A DNA stretch of 64,000 nt from the NCBI GenBank assembly GCA_002104905.1, contig MCFE01000388.1, positions 1 through 64,000 on the forward strand, written 5' to 3'. A program made the position numbers and the translations under genes. Position 1 is the stretch's first letter. Each line of letters starts with the position of its first letter. This DNA comes from Basidiobolus meristosporus CBS 931.73. Lineage: Eukaryota > Fungi > Basidiobolomycota. Shown here piece after piece: positions 61,241 to 64,000 of the stretch. The notes under the pieces are model-generated. The model ran no database searches, was not told where the DNA came from, and saw only the letters and a list, made by a program, of their open reading frames with translations.

Positions 61241-62539
61241 ATGGACGTAAAACACCACTCTTTCGATAACTTAGAGACCGAGTCTTTTTGGCAAAAAAAG
61301 CCCGCTTTAAAGCGCAATGGTTTCGGTGAAGAAAGAGGGTTTAACCACCTTAGTATCAAGGTGTCCGAGCCTCAAGGCGACCCAGCCTTGCTTTTCAAAT
61401 ATGACGACTTCTCACCAATGATCGAATCGTTTGCCAATACCCTGGCGGCGCCTATTCCTTCGGACAACCAGTTCCCTTCACCAACACCAACACCTACCTT
61501 TTCCAAGTTTGTGAAGTCGCCGTACCAACAACACCCCTTAAGCCAAGTCGTAAACCAATCTGACATCAACTTGGCGGCCAGTATGTTGGCCGCTAACACT
61601 CCGACCAACCCGACTTTTGCCAACCTTCAATCACCCGCATTTTCAGCTTGGCCATACTCTTCGCCCATATCACCGGCTTTCCCAACAGCGTTGAACGATA
61701 TGGGTTTCAACAATTCAATGGCCACTAGCCCCACCAGTCTCGCCATGGATCCGCTCTATACCAGCATGCATCTTCCTACTACCCTGCCATATGGAATAGA
61801 CTCTGATCTGCAGAAGATCGATGCTAGCGCGCCAATTCATCCCGAGAATTTTGTTTCTGAGCTTGCCACCAATGTTAGCCCTTTCCTGCTACAAAGCCCC
61901 GGATTTATGACCGGATCGCCGTCACCTCAGATAGTTCCGGACCAGCCATCCCCTACGTTCACCTCCACCTTAATCACGCCAACCACATACGTACCTTGGG
62001 AAGTAGGACTCGTAAATCCACAGAGTGGGATCATCGACTTCTCCACTCCGCAAACCCCCATTAAGTTTGAGATCCCAGAGCTGCCCAAAGGTTCCTCTGT
62101 ACCTGGTCAACATTCGTACGAGAAAAAACCCGAATCCTACCAGACCCCAAGCTCCAGTACCACCGACAACCCGCAAATATACACCTGTAACTATCCAAAT
62201 TGTAAGAAGATCTTTTCGTGTGTATACAACTTGAGATCGCATTATCGCATCCATTCTACGGAGCGACCATTCAAATGTGACTCCTGTCGACAGAGCTTCA
62301 GCCGTAACCACGATCTGAAGCGCCACCAGAAGATCCACCTGGGCATCAAACCGTACCGGTGCACCAAATGCGACCGCACCTTTGGAAGGTTGGATGCGTT
62401 GAAAAGGCACACACTGGTCAAGAGGTGCGCGGAGAAGTGCAACAAGGAGAAGCCACGCACGGCCCATGTAGAAGCGAATCTGGTGGCGAAGCCAGACACC
62501 ACATCTAACCCTGCCAACTCTTCACCATCGGATTCGTAA
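61241..62539 (+). CDS. Intronless C2H2 zinc-finger transcription factor, Crz1-like fingers
   Basis: 432-aa ORF; S/P/T-rich N-terminus; YNLRSHYRIHSTERPFKC..FSRNHDLKRH..IHLGIKPYRC..FGRLDALKRH. Confidence 0.88.
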   Translation: MDVKHHSFDNLETESFWQKKPALKRNGFGEERGFNHLSIKVSEPQGDPALLFKYDDFSPMIESFANTLAAPIPSDNQFPSPTPTPTFSKFVKSPYQQHPLSQVVNQSDINLAASMLAANTPTNPTFANLQSPAFSAWPYSSPISPAFPTALNDMGFNNSMATSPTSLAMDPLYTSMHLPTTLPYGIDSDLQKIDASAPIHPENFVSELATNVSPFLLQSPGFMTGSPSPQIVPDQPSPTFTSTLITPTTYVPWEVGLVNPQSGIIDFSTPQTPIKFEIPELPKGSSVPGQHSYEKKPESYQTPSSSTTDNPQIYTCNYPNCKKIFSCVYNLRSHYRIHSTERPFKCDSCRQSFSRNHDLKRHQKIHLGIKPYRCTKCDRTFGRLDALKRHTLVKRCAEKCNKEKPRTAHVEANLVAKPDTTSNPANSSPSDS

Positions 62540-64000
62540 CTTTAACCTTGGTCATGTATGATTAGCGAGCGCTTGGTGCGTTTGCGGCCTGATTGTTCGA
62601 CCATATTACTCTTGTACATATTCTTTGAATAGAATCTGACTTCCCATCACTGCATGTATACCTCCTGACATTTTGACCAAATCCTATAAAATCTAGACCT
62701 GCACTTTTGCAACCGCATCACGCCCATATATGTTAGTAGAGTTATGGGGAATATACTAGACTAGCTTCATTCGGTGCTTGCTGAATGGAGAATGATAAAT
62801 ATATCCAGATTGTCTGGAGAGTGTTCTTGTTCTGCACAAGTATTTATTTGGCAATGATACGCATACTTTCTTGAGCCCCTGATTGACCATGATTGGCCAC
62901 GATTGGGCTTTGGAATGTCGGAAATTGTTCGAGCAGCAGTGTTACATTTGAGGTAGGTTCTAGTCAATCGAATAAGGCGCCAGGTGAATCAGTGCAGTGA
63001 AGCTTCAGTTCCTCAGACTTCTAACCTGATTCCTAAACTTTACTGCAATCCCAGGAAATACGCTAATTCGGGTTTATCAGCGTTGTTGTGGGGGGGGGTA
63101 TGGCATCTACTCACTTGCCATTGGCACGCTCCGATCATTAGCCACGCACCACCTTTTCTCAACTACGCACCATAACCTTTTACCAAATTCAAATGGTAAT
63201 AACACTGGGATTGGCTTATTGTTATAATTAATACTCTCATTTATTAATTGTAATACAGATGTTCAACACCATCATGTATCCGACTAGACCAACCTCCCGC
63301 CAGCTCTGGTTGAACCTTCGGTGCAAGGAATCTTCCAAGTGGTGGAAAATCCAGATTCCCAGCTTGGTTAGTTGTTGGAATATTGGCTTGTAGGATATAT
63401 ACTTGTGCAAGTTATCAAATGAGCCCCAAGCCTGCATCAGCTATCAGGGTCCTCAAAATACACTTAATCTACTTCCACCCAATAAATCAATGGGCCAGTT
63501 TCATACAAATCTTCTAGCCCTCCAAATCACCCTCAATACTCACAAAATCTCTCAGTAGACCTTTCATATTGCTCAAGTAGCTCTATGACTCCAAATACTA
63601 TCATACGAAGTTCCCGCCGAACGGGGGAAATTTTGGTATTTCAAAGCAGCCCCCATTCCCGTTTCCACTTCTGTACCAACTGCATGTTGATTGTCAGTAG
63701 AGTTACTCTTGAGACTGAGTGCTTTGAAAGGATCAGAACAAGCAGAATGGCTCACTGCATTGAAATGGAGATGACATAGTGTTGTGCTGCTGTTGGACAT
63801 CCTCATTCAATAAGGTGCAATGATCCAAAATAAGGATCTGATGAATTTACAAGGTTCGGTGAAGTCCCTATGTATTGGTTTTGTCAGCACAAGTCAGACT
63901 TGTGTAATTTCGGTCGATATTCCTGCCAAGTTAGCACTCGAACATAGTTTAGTCGGTGGTATAAATAACCTGACAAAGCTGGCTTCACCATGGTAATAAA

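Overview
Intron-rich eukaryotic DNA, most likely from an early-diverging (non-Dikarya) fungus. This is inferred from gene content (HROB, WD40-bearing ATG16, PP2A B'' subunit) and short GT-AG introns. The window has two sharply different halves. (1) 1-~18.85 kb is an AT-rich, CpG-starved nest of a single Ty1/Copia family (350-bp TG..CA LTRs, half-tRNAiMet PBS). It holds at least six partial or complete copies inserted into one another, with two clean 5-bp TSDs and one very young copy (13587-18275). All four integrase copies keep an L[IV]SSPP motif resembling the Ty5 heterochromatin-targeting peptide. (2) ~19.4-62.5 kb is a gene-dense arm: IPI1, HROB, TRM7, a multi-KH protein, SDT1, glutaminyl cyclase, MOD5, UXS1, myosin V, NIC96, HOP2, ATG16, PP2A-B'' and a Crz1-like C2H2 factor. 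Scattered through it are three identical tRNA-Pro(CGG) sequences and four near-identical copies of an unannotated 163-bp structured module. Together these form a ~385-bp tRNA-headed, SINE-like unit, and two of the tRNA loci sit in ~1.1-kb inverted repeat arms around a three-gene segment. All comparisons were made by eye; no searches were run, and intron-containing CDS limits are approximate.
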